Positions 34,599 to 45,289 are shown, counted from the stretch's first letter. The stretch: 64,000 bases of DNA from an uncultured Gemmatimonadales bacterium (GCA_963798085.1 CAWCRS010000002.1:160001-224000); one strand, 5' to 3'. Program-made: numbers and translations. Notes: a model not told the origin generated them from the sequence alone.

Positions 34599-34889
34599 TC
34601 AGGCTACGTTGGCATCCTCGAGCGTGAGTGCCGTGTGTTCCTTGCCGTGGGGGATGACCGGGCCGCAGAAACGGAGTCCCGTTCCGCGGAGCTGCTCCAG
34701 TTCCACCGGCGTGAGTTCCGGATGCCGCTCCGCCATGAAACCCAGCGTCTCCGTCATCCATTCCTCGCGTTGCTGCTGATCGGCCTCCATCACTCCACAC
34801 TGACGGATCGCGCTGAAGAGCTCGTCCCTGGCCCGATCGAATGGGGTGGGTTCACGCTTGGTACGCTTCTGACTTCTCTTTCGCGCCAA
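34599..34889 (-). CDS. Hypothetical protein (TTG start)
   Basis: GGAGG RBS; PFDRARDELFS..CGV..W motif. Confidence 0.6.
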   Translation of the reverse strand: MARKRSQKRTKREPTPFDRARDELFSAIRQCGVMEADQQQREEWMTETLGFMAERHPELTPVELEQLRGTGLRFCGPVIPHGKEHTALTLEDANVA

Positions 34890-34992
34890 TGCCTTGCCTC
34901 CGGTTCGTTGTTCCGAGATCCTACGCACTGCAACTGCGGGTCCAGGGAGGATCAAAATAACCCGCACCACTGCTTTCGGGAAAGATGTGCCC

Positions 34993-36567
34993 ATGGACGC
35001 CGTGCGACTCGAGATCTATCGCCATCTGTTCACCGCATTGGCGGAGGAGATGGGCGCTGCGCTCCGCCGGTCCGCTTATTCGCCGAACATCAAGGAGCGA
35101 CGCGATTACTCGTGCGCCGTCTTCAATGGTAGGGGACGTGTGATCGCAATGGGGGATCACATGCCCGTGCACCTTGGCGCCATGCCCATGAGTGTCAGCG
35201 CGGCGATCGCGGCATTCGGCTCGCTCGAACCGGGCAACGTCGTGATGCTGAACGATCCCTTCGAGGGTGGCACGCATCTGCCCGACATCACCGTGGTCTC
35301 GGCCGCATGGGCGGAAAGTGGCGAGCCGCTCGGTTACCTCGCTGCGCGCGCGCACCATTCCGATGTGGGCGGCATGGCGCCGGGCTCGATGCCGCTGGCT
35401 CGTGAGATCTACCAGGAAGGGCTGCGCCTGCCACCCGTGCTCGTGGTGCGGCGAGGCGAGCGTGTGCACGATCTGTGGCGCGTGGTGCGCGCCAACGTGC
35501 GCACGCCGGACGAACGCGAAGGCGATCTCACCGCACAGCTCGCCGCGCTGGTCACCGGGGAGCGCCGCCTCAGCGAAATGGTGGCACGCCGCGGAGAGAC
35601 CGAAGTGCGCGCGGCCATGTCCGCGCTCATCGACTACGCGGACCGGCTCGTGCGCCGCGGCATTGAACGCATCCCCGATGGCGTGTACGAGGCCGTCGAC
35701 GTCCTGGACGATGATGGCTGTGGCAACGGTCCTCTGCCCATTCGCGTGCGGATCGAAGTGCGAGGGGATCGCGTGACCGCCGATTTCACGGGCACATCGC
35801 CGCAGACGGCTGGTGGCGTCAATGCCGTGGCCGCAATCACTACCTCCGCTGCGCGCTACGTGCTGCGCTGCTTCGTGGAAGCGCTGCTGGATCAGCCGCT
35901 GCCCGCGGGCGGCGGCGAGATGCGCGCGCTCGAGCTGGTGCTGCCCCAGGGCTCGCTGGTGTGCGCCCGTCCCCCGGCGAGCGTGGCGGCCGGCAACGTC
36001 GAGACCTCGCAGCGCGTGACCGACGTGATGCTGCTCGCATTCGCGCAGGCGCTGCCGCAGCTCGCGCCCGCGCAGTCGCAGGGCACCATGAACAACCTGG
36101 CAGCGGGCGGCATCGATCCGCGCGACGGCAGCGCCTTCGCCTACTATGAGACGATGGCCGGCGGTCAGGGCGCCTCGCCGGCCGGGCCCGGCCTCTCCGC
36201 CGTGCACGTGCACATGTCCAACTCGCTGAACACGCCCATCGAAGCGCTGGAGCACGCGTATCCATTCCGCGTGCGCCGCTACGAGCTGCGGCGAGGCAGT
36301 GGCGGCGCCGGACATCATCGCGGCGGCAATGGTGTGCGCCGCGACATCGAGCTGCTGGCGGATGCCGAGGTGAGTCTGCTCACGGAGCGGCGCGTGCACG
36401 CACCTGCGGGACTCGCGGGCGGCGCCAGCGGAGCGTGCGGCGAGAATGTGTTGATTCGCGCGGGCGAAGCTTCGCCCTTGCCGGCCAAGGCGACGTTTCG
36501 CACGAAAGCGGGCAATGTGCTCAGCCTTCGCTCACCGGGCGGCGGTGGCTGGGGCAGACCGGATTGA
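34993..36567 (+). CDS. Hydantoinase B / 5-oxoprolinase subunit B
   Basis: AYSPNIKERRDYSCA, NDPFEGGTHLPD, HHSDVGG and SPGGGGWG. Confidence 0.93.
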   Translation: MDAVRLEIYRHLFTALAEEMGAALRRSAYSPNIKERRDYSCAVFNGRGRVIAMGDHMPVHLGAMPMSVSAAIAAFGSLEPGNVVMLNDPFEGGTHLPDITVVSAAWAESGEPLGYLAARAHHSDVGGMAPGSMPLAREIYQEGLRLPPVLVVRRGERVHDLWRVVRANVRTPDEREGDLTAQLAALVTGERRLSEMVARRGETEVRAAMSALIDYADRLVRRGIERIPDGVYEAVDVLDDDGCGNGPLPIRVRIEVRGDRVTADFTGTSPQTAGGVNAVAAITTSAARYVLRCFVEALLDQPLPAGGGEMRALELVLPQGSLVCARPPASVAAGNVETSQRVTDVMLLAFAQALPQLAPAQSQGTMNNLAAGGIDPRDGSAFAYYETMAGGQGASPAGPGLSAVHVHMSNSLNTPIEALEHAYPFRVRRYELRRGSGGAGHHRGGNGVRRDIELLADAEVSLLTERRVHAPAGLAGGASGACGENVLIRAGEASPLPAKATFRTKAGNVLSLRSPGGGGWGRPD

Positions 36568-36682
36568 TGGTGGAATGCGAGAGCTACGGACGCGCGAGAG
36601 GCCCGGGCGCTGCCGACCGGGCCTCCCCGCCACCGCCGTGAGCCGGCCCGCGCACGAGCCGGCCCACGGGCCGCAACCCGCG

Positions 36683-37198
36683 TTACTTCGCACTCTTGAT
36701 GCGATTCAGGATATCGTCACGATCCTTGTCCGCGAGCAGCGGCGAGCGCGCCAGCATTTCCGCCTTGCGAGCCAGGCGCGTCACGTTCTCACCATCACCG
36801 GATTCGCGCGCGAGGAACGCGGCGTCGAGATACGTCGCTGCAGCCTGCATCACATCACCCGTGGACGCCGCCTCATCGGCCGCGCGCTCCATCAGCGTGC
36901 GTGCGCGCTCCACATCACCGCGGTAGAACGACAGCCTCGCCGCCATCGAAATGTCGCGCGTGCGGATCGGGTCACCCAGCTCACGCGTGTCGGCCGCCTT
37001 CAGGAAGAGCCGCGCGGCCTCGTCGTAACGCTTCGGGTACGGAAACAGACTCCTTGCCTGCGACTCGAAATCCGTCGGATCCGCCGTCACGCGATCACTC
37101 GGGCCCGCAAATGCGATCTGTTTGGCCGACCCCGCTGCGGGACGCAGAGAGATGAGGCCGGCTGCGAGTATGGTCGCAAATGCAATCGTCTTCCTCAT
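36683..37198 (-). CDS. Hypothetical secreted helical protein
   Basis: AAGGAG RBS; signal peptide MRKTIAF... Confidence 0.7.
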   Translation of the reverse strand: MRKTIAFATILAAGLISLRPAAGSAKQIAFAGPSDRVTADPTDFESQARSLFPYPKRYDEAARLFLKAADTRELGDPIRTRDISMAARLSFYRGDVERARTLMERAADEAASTGDVMQAAATYLDAAFLARESGDGENVTRLARKAEMLARSPLLADKDRDDILNRIKSAK

Positions 37199-37648
37199 TG
37201 TGGTGCTCCTTCCGACTCGGGTTGTACCGCTGATTGCGAGCGTGGCCTCGGGCCCGGGCACCGTGACGTGACCCGCCGCCCCGTGGCCACTGAACCCTCG
37301 GCCACACTCGCGTCATGCGCCCATCTAAGACGTCAGGTTCACGCCACATGATTCGAGTGCGGGCCGAATGGTGTGAAGTCACGTGCGAATGTCGGCGCTG
37401 CGGGGACGAAGCCGGGAACCGCGATGATGATTTTTCCGTGCCGCACATGCGCGCGCGCCAACAGCGTGTTCCAAATCCGGGACGCGCGTCCCGCAACCGC
37501 TACATGCCAGACGACGATTGCGCTTCGCCGCTTGCGCGCGCTGCGCACTGCGGGAGCGCGCAACGCATGACACCAGTCGCGCACGCATCATGACGAAACT
37601 GTTCTCAAACCGTGAACGAATGGTAAAAGACGCGCGTACCGGAATGAG

Positions 37649-39862
37649 ATGCCATTGATGCGCATGCGGAGGTGGCAGCAGTGCACGCCCCTGCTGCGCA
37701 GCGGCCTGACCGTGCTGGCTGCCGCCGGGGCGGCGGGCCGCGCACGCGCGCAGCAGCTCACGGTGGAGCGCATCTTCTCCAGCGACTTCGCCGCGCGCAC
37801 TGCGGATGTGGCATTCATGGCCGACGGGCGCAGGCTGCAGAGCTTCGCGCGCAACGGTGATTACGTAGATGTCTGGGTCGAGCGCATCGGCAGCGCACAG
37901 CCCGCACGCGCCATCGATGGCTCGCAGCTGGTGCCCGCAGGCGGCTCCCGCGCGATCACTCTGCGCGACATCGCCTGGAGCGGTGACGAACAGCGCGCCC
38001 TGATCCTTGCTGCGGACACGCAGGCGGAACCCGCCGCCGGCTGCGGCACTTTCTACGTGTGGGACGTCGCCAGCCATCGACTCGTCGCCCTCAGCGCGCG
38101 CGCCGGCATGCAGCAGTTCGCGCAATTCTCGCCTGACGGCACGCAGGTCGCATTCGTCCGCGCGCACGATCTGTACGTTGCTGATCCGTCTGCTGGCCGC
38201 GAGCTGCGACTCACCACGGACGGCAGCGACAGCATCGCCAATGGTGCGGGGGATCGCGCGTACGCGGATGAACTGCGGCTGCGTGCCGCATTCCGCTGGA
38301 GTCCCGACGGCCGGCGCATTGCCTACTGGCATTTCGACGAGACCGCTGTCGCCAGGTTCTACAATGTGGATGCGCTCGCGCTGTATCCGCGCGTGGTCTC
38401 CGCCCGTTACGCCCAGGCGGGCACGCCGACCGCACGCGTGGAGCTGCGCGTCGTGGACATCGCCACCGGCCGCACCATACGCATCGATGCCGGCCGCGAC
38501 AGCGCTGGCTGGCTGCCCCGCATGCAGTGGATCGGGCCGGATGAGCTGGTGATCCAGAGGCTGAATCGTCGCCAGAACCAGCTCGACGTCCTGCTCGCCA
38601 GTGCAGCGAGCGGCGACACGCGCACCGTCCTCACCGAGCGCGATTCCACGTGGCTGCATCTTCCCGACGACATCACATGGGTGCGCCAGGGCCGGCAGTT
38701 CCTCTGGTCGAGCGAGCGCGACGGCTTTCGACACATCTACCTGTACGCGCGCGACGGCACGCTGGTGCGTCAGCTGACGCACGGTGCGTGGGACGTGTCG
38801 GAAATCGCGGGAACCGACGATGCCGGCACCGTGTTCTTCACGGCATCGGAACCGGGACCGCAGCAGAAGCAGCTCTTCGCTGTCGGTCTGGATGGCAAGG
38901 GACTGCGGCGCGTCTCGATCGAGCCGGGCACGCACGAAGTCCTGCTGGCGCCCGGCGGCCGCTATTACGTGGACACGTGGTCCCGCGCGGGCGTGCCGCC
39001 GGTCACCCGGCTGCACAGCGCGGACGGGCGCGTGCTGCGCACGCTGCTCGATAACAGCGCGCTAGCCAGCCGCCTGGCCGGCCTCGAGCTCGAGGCGCCC
39101 GAGTTCTTCAGCTTCGCCGCCGCCGACGGCGTGACACTCAACGGGTGGCTCATCAAGCCCCCCGGCTTCGACGCCAGCCGGCGCTACCCCGTGCTGCTCT
39201 ACGTGTACGGCGGTCCTGGCTCGCAGACCGTCACCGATGCATGGGACGGAGCACGCTATCTCTGGCACCAGCTGCTGGCGCAACAGGGCATCGTGGTGGC
39301 CAGCGTGGACGGCCGGGGAACGGGCGGGCGGGGACGCGCCTTCAGCCGTGCCTCCAGCGGCCAGCTCGGGCGACTGGAAGCCCGCGATCAGGTGGAAGCG
39401 GCCCGCCACATGGCCGCGCTGCCCTGGGTGGACAGCGATCGCATCGGCATTTGGGGCTGGAGTTACGGCGGCTACGTCGCGGCGCTCAGCATGATGAGCA
39501 GCGACGCGTTCCGCGCCGGCATCGCCGTCGCGCCGGTGGCGGACTGGCGCCTCTACGACGCGGTGTATGCCGAGCGCTTCATGGGTATGCCCGCGGACCG
39601 CGCGCAGGCGTACGACGAAAGCTCCCTGCTGAAACACGCCGCCCAGCTGCGCGGTCGACTGCTGCTCGTGCACGGCACGGGCGATCCTAACGTGCACTTT
39701 CAGAACTCGCTCCAGCTGGCGGCCGCGCTGCAGGCCGCGGCCCGCTCGTTCGACATGATGGTCTATCCTGACGGCACGCACAGCCTGTCGCGCGGTGGCA
39801 CACCGATCCATCTCTTCCACACCCTGACCGACTGGCTGCAGCGCAACCTGCTGCGCCCGTGA
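37649..39862 (+). CDS. Dipeptidyl peptidase IV (S9B family)
   Basis: WSPDG, YGGPGSQ, GWSYGG and HGTGDPNVH. Confidence 0.93.
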   Translation: MPLMRMRRWQQCTPLLRSGLTVLAAAGAAGRARAQQLTVERIFSSDFAARTADVAFMADGRRLQSFARNGDYVDVWVERIGSAQPARAIDGSQLVPAGGSRAITLRDIAWSGDEQRALILAADTQAEPAAGCGTFYVWDVASHRLVALSARAGMQQFAQFSPDGTQVAFVRAHDLYVADPSAGRELRLTTDGSDSIANGAGDRAYADELRLRAAFRWSPDGRRIAYWHFDETAVARFYNVDALALYPRVVSARYAQAGTPTARVELRVVDIATGRTIRIDAGRDSAGWLPRMQWIGPDELVIQRLNRRQNQLDVLLASAASGDTRTVLTERDSTWLHLPDDITWVRQGRQFLWSSERDGFRHIYLYARDGTLVRQLTHGAWDVSEIAGTDDAGTVFFTASEPGPQQKQLFAVGLDGKGLRRVSIEPGTHEVLLAPGGRYYVDTWSRAGVPPVTRLHSADGRVLRTLLDNSALASRLAGLELEAPEFFSFAAADGVTLNGWLIKPPGFDASRRYPVLLYVYGGPGSQTVTDAWDGARYLWHQLLAQQGIVVASVDGRGTGGRGRAFSRASSGQLGRLEARDQVEAARHMAALPWVDSDRIGIWGWSYGGYVAALSMMSSDAFRAGIAVAPVADWRLYDAVYAERFMGMPADRAQAYDESSLLKHAAQLRGRLLLVHGTGDPNVHFQNSLQLAAALQAAARSFDMMVYPDGTHSLSRGGTPIHLFHTLTDWLQRNLLRP

Positions 39863-39913
39863 TCGTCTTTCGTGGTGGTGCGTGCGGGGGTCATAATGGA
39901 GGGGTGGCGCAGG

Positions 39914-39931
39914 ACTTTGTGGGGCAGAGAA
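39914..39931. promoter_or_regulatory. Possible operator for the downstream winged-helix regulator
   Basis: Imperfect palindrome ACTTTG-N5-CAGAGA just upstream of the two-gene operon. Confidence 0.35.
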
Positions 39932-39949
39932 CTTGACATTGGGAGAAAA

Positions 39950-40567
39950 ATGCACGACCATCCCCTCAGACAACGCACCGCCAAGGGCGAAACCCGCGCT
40001 ATCCACGAACGCGCCATCGACAACCTGCGCTACATCCGGGACGCGATGGAGCGGGCCAGCGCGTTCACGGCGGTGCCGGGCTGGGGCGGCGCGCTGATGG
40101 GTGTATCCGCAGCGGTGGCAGCGGGGCTGGCGGCGCGCGTGCGCGCGCAACCGGAGCGCTGGCTGAGGATCTGGCTGGTGGAAGCGGTGGTGGCGCTGCT
40201 GATTGGCGCGGTCGCCCTGGGACTCAAGGCGAAGCGGGCGCGGGTGTCACTGATGAGTGGGTCGGGCCGGCGCTTCGCACTGAGCTTTCTGCCGCCCGTT
40301 CTGGTGGGTGGGCTGCTGACGGCAGGACTGGTGCGGGCCCATGACTACGCGTTGCTGCCCGCGACCTGGCTGCTGACGTACGGCGCGGCGGTGGTGACGG
40401 GCGGGACATTCTCGGTGCCCGTGGTGCCGGTGCTGGGTGTGGCCATCCTGGGCGTGGGCGGCCTGGCGTTGATCATGCCGCAGCACGGCGATGTATGGAT
40501 GGGGCTGGGCTTCGGTGGGTTGGAGATGGTGTTCGGTGTCTGGATCGCGAGGAGGCACGGTGGCTAG
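39950..40567 (+). CDS. Multi-pass membrane protein
   Basis: RAIDNLRYIRDAME followed by about 6 TM helices. Confidence 0.8.
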   Translation: MHDHPLRQRTAKGETRAIHERAIDNLRYIRDAMERASAFTAVPGWGGALMGVSAAVAAGLAARVRAQPERWLRIWLVEAVVALLIGAVALGLKAKRARVSLMSGSGRRFALSFLPPVLVGGLLTAGLVRAHDYALLPATWLLTYGAAVVTGGTFSVPVVPVLGVAILGVGGLALIMPQHGDVWMGLGFGGLEMVFGVWIARRHGG

Positions 40568-40943
40568 GACGGCGAGGGCGGCAGAAGGCGGACCGGCGCG
40601 GGAGCCCCGGCGCAAGCCGGAACTGCGCGGCGTCCGGGGTGACGCCGTGGCATCACCCACGGAACTGGACCGCCTGATTCACGAGCGCGTCCGACTGGGG
40701 ATCGTCAGCGCCCTCGCGGTGAACGAGGCGCTGACCTTCAACGAGCTCAAGTCTCTGCTGGAGACGACGGACGGCAACCTGAGCGTGCACGCGCGCAAGC
40801 TGGAGGATGCCGGCTACATCCGCTGCACCAAGTCCTTCGAGGGGCGCATGCCGCGTACCGAGTACGCGCTCACCGAGGCCGGTCGCCGCGCCCTGCGCGG
40901 CTACGTGGAGCATATGGAGGCGCTGATCCGGGCGGTGAGGTAG
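40560..40943 (+). CDS. Winged-helix transcriptional regulator (ArsR/MarR-like)
   Basis: LDRLIHERVRLGI, TDGNLSVH..KLE..GY and T.Y.LT..G. Confidence 0.88.
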   Translation: MARTARAAEGGPAREPRRKPELRGVRGDAVASPTELDRLIHERVRLGIVSALAVNEALTFNELKSLLETTDGNLSVHARKLEDAGYIRCTKSFEGRMPRTEYALTEAGRRALRGYVEHMEALIRAVR

Positions 40944-40986
40944 GCAGCGAGGCAACGAGCGGGCGGGCGTCCCCGGCAAACGGATC

Positions 40987-41054
40987 ATTATCACGGAGGC
41001 GCGGGGCCGCGGAGGGTACAGGTCCTCCGCGGTTCCGCGCCTCCGCGTGATAAT
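40987..41054. terminator. Long REP-like hairpin between convergent genes
   Basis: ATTATCACGGAGGCGCGGGGCCGCGGAGG...CCTCCGCGGTTCCGCGCCTCCGCGTGATAAT. Confidence 0.65.
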
Positions 41055-41069
41055 AGCCTGTTGGGAGGA

Positions 41070-41852
41070 CTACCGCTTGCGGATGCGGATGGCCCCGTTC
41101 ACGGTGCTCAGGCCGACGCTGCGGCCGCCGCGACCGATGGTCCCGTTGATGCGCTTGGGGCCGAAGCGACCCTGCACGGTGAGCGGGAAATCGGTGTCGA
41201 TGTCGCCATTGACGGTGGTTGCGTGTATGTCGGCGCTGAAGTCGCCGCCCACATCCAGCTCGATGCTGCCATTGACGGTCTCGAAGTCGAGCTCGCCATC
41301 CATGTCGCCGCGATCCATGGCGACCTTGATGTTGCCGTTCACGGTGTGGGCTTCGGCGAGGCCGTTGGTGTCGATGGTGACGCCGCCGTTGACGGTCCAG
41401 GCGCGCACATCGGAATCGAGCCCGTCGCCATTAATGTTGCCGTTGACGTTGCGCGCCAGCAGCATGACACCCGCCGGCACCTGCACCTCGAACGCCACCT
41501 GCACGTCGTTGTTCTCGACGTTGTTGCGGCCGCCGCTGCCGGCCTTGCACTCGTTGGGCTCGCTGCGCCGGCGTGATGATGGGTAGACGGCGCAGATGGT
41601 GACGCCGTCATCATGTTCCAGCACTTCGATCTTCACCTCATCCGGGTCGTTCTTCTTGCCGGACTTGGTGGCGTTCACACGGACCTCATTGCCGGAGGCG
41701 GCCACGGCGTGAATGGTGCCGTTGATGCCCTTGATCTCGACCGATTCGCCTCGCCGCAGCCGGCCTCGCCAGCTGAAATCCTGTGCGGCGGCGTGACTCC
41801 AGCTCGCGGATGCCAGCACGAACAGTGCGGTCAGGCTCAGAATGCGTTTCAT
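41070..41852 (-). CDS. DUF4097 beta-strand repeat secreted protein
   Basis: Signal peptide; repeated TVNG motifs. Confidence 0.85.
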   Translation of the reverse strand: MKRILSLTALFVLASASWSHAAAQDFSWRGRLRRGESVEIKGINGTIHAVAASGNEVRVNATKSGKKNDPDEVKIEVLEHDDGVTICAVYPSSRRRSEPNECKAGSGGRNNVENNDVQVAFEVQVPAGVMLLARNVNGNINGDGLDSDVRAWTVNGGVTIDTNGLAEAHTVNGNIKVAMDRGDMDGELDFETVNGSIELDVGGDFSADIHATTVNGDIDTDFPLTVQGRFGPKRINGTIGRGGRSVGLSTVNGAIRIRKR

Positions 41853-41913
41853 GGTTTCGCCTGGATCGTTGAAGTTTCTCGAGCCGCCATGCATGCGGCT
41901 CGGGGATCGCGCA

Positions 41914-42765
41914 TCAGTGCCGCTGGGGCCGGCGCAGGCTGATGCTGCCGCCGAAGGAAGCCAGCTCGAGGCGTGCGCCGCCGGTGCCAATCGTGAACGT
42001 ACTGCGTCCGCGGCCCACACCACCCCGCACGCGGATGGGGAAATCGGCGTTGATCTCGCCGTTGTAGGTCTCGAGCGTGACCGTGGCGTTGGTGCCTTCG
42101 GGCACGAATACCACCAGGCTGCCGTTGTGCGTGCCGAGTGCGTAGCGTCCGCCGTCGCGGATTTCGCCATCATACTGGACGGTGCCGTTGATCGTCTCGG
42201 CGTCGACCGCGTCGGAGTGGATCCCGGTCAGGTTCAGCGGGCCGTTGACGGTTTCCGCGCTCAGGTCGCCGGTGTGGCCGGTGACGCTGATGCCCTGATT
42301 CACGGTTTCGAGGTGCATGCCGCCGCGCGTTTCGGTGGTGACGATGCGGCCCGAGGTGGATTCGATGTGCGCCTTCCCGTCCAGCTTCGACAGCGTGACG
42401 TTGCCACCCACGGTTTCGGCATGCACGTCGCCTTCAATGCCGGCGATGTCGATGCTGCATTGCACGCCATCGATCTCGATATCGAACCGTTGCGGCACGG
42501 TGATCTCGTAATCCACGGGACCGCGTGCGCCGCGGCGATTGTGCGAGCCGAGCTGCACGCTGGAGCTGGAGCGCTCGAGGTCGATCCGGATGGTGCCCGT
42601 GTAGCGGGCGCGCACCCGGACTTCGCCGCGATCCCAGGACCGTACGGTAATGGAGCCGAGCTGGTTTTCGATGGACATGCGGCCACCGGCCCGGACGGCG
42701 AAGGTGGTGTCGAACTGCTGCGGTGGCGCAGCCACCAGCATGGCGGTCATGAGTGCGGCTACCAT
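41914..42765 (-). CDS. DUF4097 beta-strand repeat protein
   Basis: Repeated ETVxG/ETING motifs. Confidence 0.85.
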   Translation of the reverse strand: MVAALMTAMLVAAPPQQFDTTFAVRAGGRMSIENQLGSITVRSWDRGEVRVRARYTGTIRIDLERSSSSVQLGSHNRRGARGPVDYEITVPQRFDIEIDGVQCSIDIAGIEGDVHAETVGGNVTLSKLDGKAHIESTSGRIVTTETRGGMHLETVNQGISVTGHTGDLSAETVNGPLNLTGIHSDAVDAETINGTVQYDGEIRDGGRYALGTHNGSLVVFVPEGTNATVTLETYNGEINADFPIRVRGGVGRGRSTFTIGTGGARLELASFGGSISLRRPQRH

Positions 42766-42777
42766 TTCCTATGCCTT

Positions 42778-43464
42778 TCAGGTCTCGCTCCGCAGACTCG
42801 CGGCGTGGCGGAGGAGATCGATCTTACGCATGAGAGTGTCGTCCAGGTGTCGGTAGAGCCACGTATTGGACGGATCGGTGCGCAACGCCTGACGCGCCTC
42901 GGCAATGGCGCCGTCGATGATCTGCAGATTGTGCTCGACGACTGCCACGGTCGCGGAATCCAGCTGGGGCCGGCGTGCCGCGAGTTCCCGTTCCAGCTCG
43001 CGAATGGCGCCGTCGTAGTTCTCCTCGGTGGTATTGACGAACTGCGCCGCGAAGCTGGCGGCGCTCTCCGTGCCGCCGGCTGGCGCGCCGGCGAGGGGAG
43101 CGGCACCGTGCGGTGCGCTGAGCAGCCAGACGGCGAGCCCGGTAGCCAGCATGAGCACGGTCGCGGCAGCTGCCAGCTGCCACCCCGAGAAGCTGAAGCG
43201 GCGAGGCGGATGGCCGTGCCCGCGGAAGGGCAGGACGGCCACATCGTCGCCTGCGATGATCTGTTGCCGTATACCGGCCCAGAGATCGCGGGCGGGTGGT
43301 GTGTCCGGCAGATTTTCCGCGTGTGCGACGACGCGCCGCAGCGAATCCAGCGTACCACGGCAGGCGGCGCAACTCGTCAGGTGCGACTCGAGGCGCTCAC
43401 GGTCCTGCGCGCTCAGCTCGCCGTCCATGTATTCCGAAAGTCGGTCTGTCCAGTGCTCGCTCAT
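42778..43464 (-). CDS. Zinc-finger (zf-HC2) anti-sigma factor, single TM
   Basis: LSEYMDGEL..HLTSCAAC; TM segment WQLAAAATVL. Confidence 0.88.
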   Translation of the reverse strand: MSEHWTDRLSEYMDGELSAQDRERLESHLTSCAACRGTLDSLRRVVAHAENLPDTPPARDLWAGIRQQIIAGDDVAVLPFRGHGHPPRRFSFSGWQLAAAATVLMLATGLAVWLLSAPHGAAPLAGAPAGGTESAASFAAQFVNTTEENYDGAIRELERELAARRPQLDSATVAVVEHNLQIIDGAIAEARQALRTDPSNTWLYRHLDDTLMRKIDLLRHAASLRSET

Positions 43465-43478
43465 ATGCCTGTTCCTGC

Positions 43479-44027
43479 TCAACGAAAGAACTCGCGCAGC
43501 GCCATGCGGGCGCGGTGCAGCTGCGATTTCAATGTGCCCGCCGTGACCTCGAGCATCTCGCCGATCTCCTCGTGTGTGTAACCCTCGACGTCGTGCAGCA
43601 CGAACACGTCGCGTGCCCCTCTGGGCAGCTGAGCGATCGCGGTCTCGAAATCGACGCTCAGCTCGTGCGTCGCTCGCCGGGCGGCAATCGGTAGATCAGC
43701 GGGGTCGCCACCGGTGAAGCGAGACCGGTACGACCCGATCGCCGCCCGGCGACCGAGAATGACGTTCACAGCCAGCCGATAGAGCCAGGTGCCAAAGGCG
43801 GAATCGCCCCGGAACTGGCCCAGCTTGCGCCACGCGCGCACGAATATCTCCTGCGTCACGTCATCCACATCGACGTCGCCGATCATGCGGCGCGTGAGCG
43901 AATGGACGTGTGCGACATGGCGGTGATAGAGGCGCTCGAACGCCTCGGTGTCTCCGGCGGCGGCCGTCGCCGCGTCGGCGCGGTCGGCTTCCGCGCCCGC
44001 CGTTTTCTGCCGAATTGCCAGTGTCAC
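43479..44027 (-). CDS. ECF sigma-70 factor
   Basis: DVTQEIF, FGTWLYRL and HEEIG..GTLKSQLHRAR. Confidence 0.93.
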   Translation of the reverse strand: MTLAIRQKTAGAEADRADAATAAAGDTEAFERLYHRHVAHVHSLTRRMIGDVDVDDVTQEIFVRAWRKLGQFRGDSAFGTWLYRLAVNVILGRRAAIGSYRSRFTGGDPADLPIAARRATHELSVDFETAIAQLPRGARDVFVLHDVEGYTHEEIGEMLEVTAGTLKSQLHRARMALREFFR

Positions 44028-44056
44028 TTCCCCGCTGCCTGGTCTCGCTTCGGCCT

Positions 44057-44086
44057 GTTAGATAGGGGGCCGGGCGTCTGGGTTGG
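44057..44086 (-). promoter_or_regulatory. Putative autoregulatory ECF promoter
   Basis: CCAACC-N16-TATCTAAC on the minus strand. Confidence 0.5.
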
Positions 44087-44123
44087 AAGAATAGCGACTT
44101 GCCATTCTCGAGGCTCGGCGCGA

Positions 44124-44338
44124 GACGGCGTGGCTGGGGCGGGTTGCTGGGGCTGGTTGCCCGGGAACGACAAACAGAATACGGACGATTCCCTTGTTCG
44201 GGCTGGGTTGCTGGAGAACGAATGGGCGGGCCGGCCGACATGGAACTCTCGACGTACCGCCTGCGGATCCGACGCTCTTTCCGATTGGTACGGCATTTTT
44301 CTGAGCGACCAGCCCAGCAACCAGCACGAGCAACGCCT
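44124..44338. repeat. Intergenic repeat family copy B (arms 44124-44221, inverted 44305-44338)
   Basis: GACGGCGTGGCTGGGGCGGGTTGCTGGGGCTGGTTGCCCGGGAACGA; inverted CCAGCCCAGCAACCAGCACGAGCAACGCC. Confidence 0.8.
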
Positions 44339-44450
44339 TCGAGCGGGCCGGGAGCGCCCGGTGCACGGGGCCCGGCGGCCCATGGGTGGAGGCAGACAGG
44401 TCGCAATGATAGGTTTTCCCGGCAACAATGGAGGAAGGGGAGGCACAGGC

Positions 44451-45242
44451 ATGGCGCAGGAGATCATCCAGGTCGATGCGTTTGCAACGCGGGCCTTCGC
44501 GGGCAATCCGGCGGGGGTGTGCATCATGGATGCCGCACGCGAGGACGCGTGGATGCAGGCGGTGGCGCGCGAAATGAACCTGTCGGAGACGGCGTTCCTG
44601 GTGCGCGACGGCGATGGCTACCGACTGCGCTGGTTCACGCCGGCGGTGGAGGTGGCGCTGTGCGGTCATGCGACGCTTGCGAGCGCGCACGTGTTGTGGG
44701 AATCGGGGCGTCTGGATGGAGCGGCGACGGCGCGTTTTCACACCCGCTCCGGCCTGTTGACGGCGAAGCGCATCGACGGCGTCATCGAGATGGACTTTCC
44801 CGCGGTGACGCCGGAGCCGGCGGAGGCGCCTGCCGGTCTGCTGGACGCGCTCGGGGTACCAGCCGTCGCGGTGCTGCGCAATCGCTTCGATTACCTGGTC
44901 GAGGTGGCGAGCGCGGAGGATGTGCGCAGCGCGCGTCCCGACATGACGCGGCTGCGCGCGGTGGAGGCGAGGGGCGTGATCGTGACCAGCCGCGGCGATG
45001 ATGGCAAACACGACTTTATCTCGCGTTTCTTCGCACCGCGTGCCGGTGTGGATGAAGACCCGGTCACCGGCTCGGCGCACTGCTGTCTGGCGCCCTACTG
45101 GGCGGGCAAGCTGGGCCGCGACACGCTGACCGGCTATCAGGCTTCGCCGCGTGGAGGCACGGTGGGCGTCGAGCTGCGCGGCTCGCGCGTTCTGCTGCGC
45201 GGCAGTGCGGTGACGGTCATGCGCGGCGAGCTGCTCGAGTAA
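44451..45242 (+). CDS. PhzF family epimerase/isomerase
   Basis: [26 protein letters not shown] and EDPVTGSAH. Confidence 0.93.
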   Translation: MAQEIIQVDAFATRAFAGNPAGVCIMDAAREDAWMQAVAREMNLSETAFLVRDGDGYRLRWFTPAVEVALCGHATLASAHVLWESGRLDGAATARFHTRSGLLTAKRIDGVIEMDFPAVTPEPAEAPAGLLDALGVPAVAVLRNRFDYLVEVASAEDVRSARPDMTRLRAVEARGVIVTSRGDDGKHDFISRFFAPRAGVDEDPVTGSAHCCLAPYWAGKLGRDTLTGYQASPRGGTVGVELRGSRVLLRGSAVTVMRGELLE

Positions 45243-45289
45243 CCGGTTGGCGCCCAACATGGAGTCTGCACAGGTGCAGGGGTGAGGCA

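Noticed and set aside
44451..45242. Phenazine biosynthesis
   Set aside because: Stand-alone PhzF-family gene with no other phz genes.
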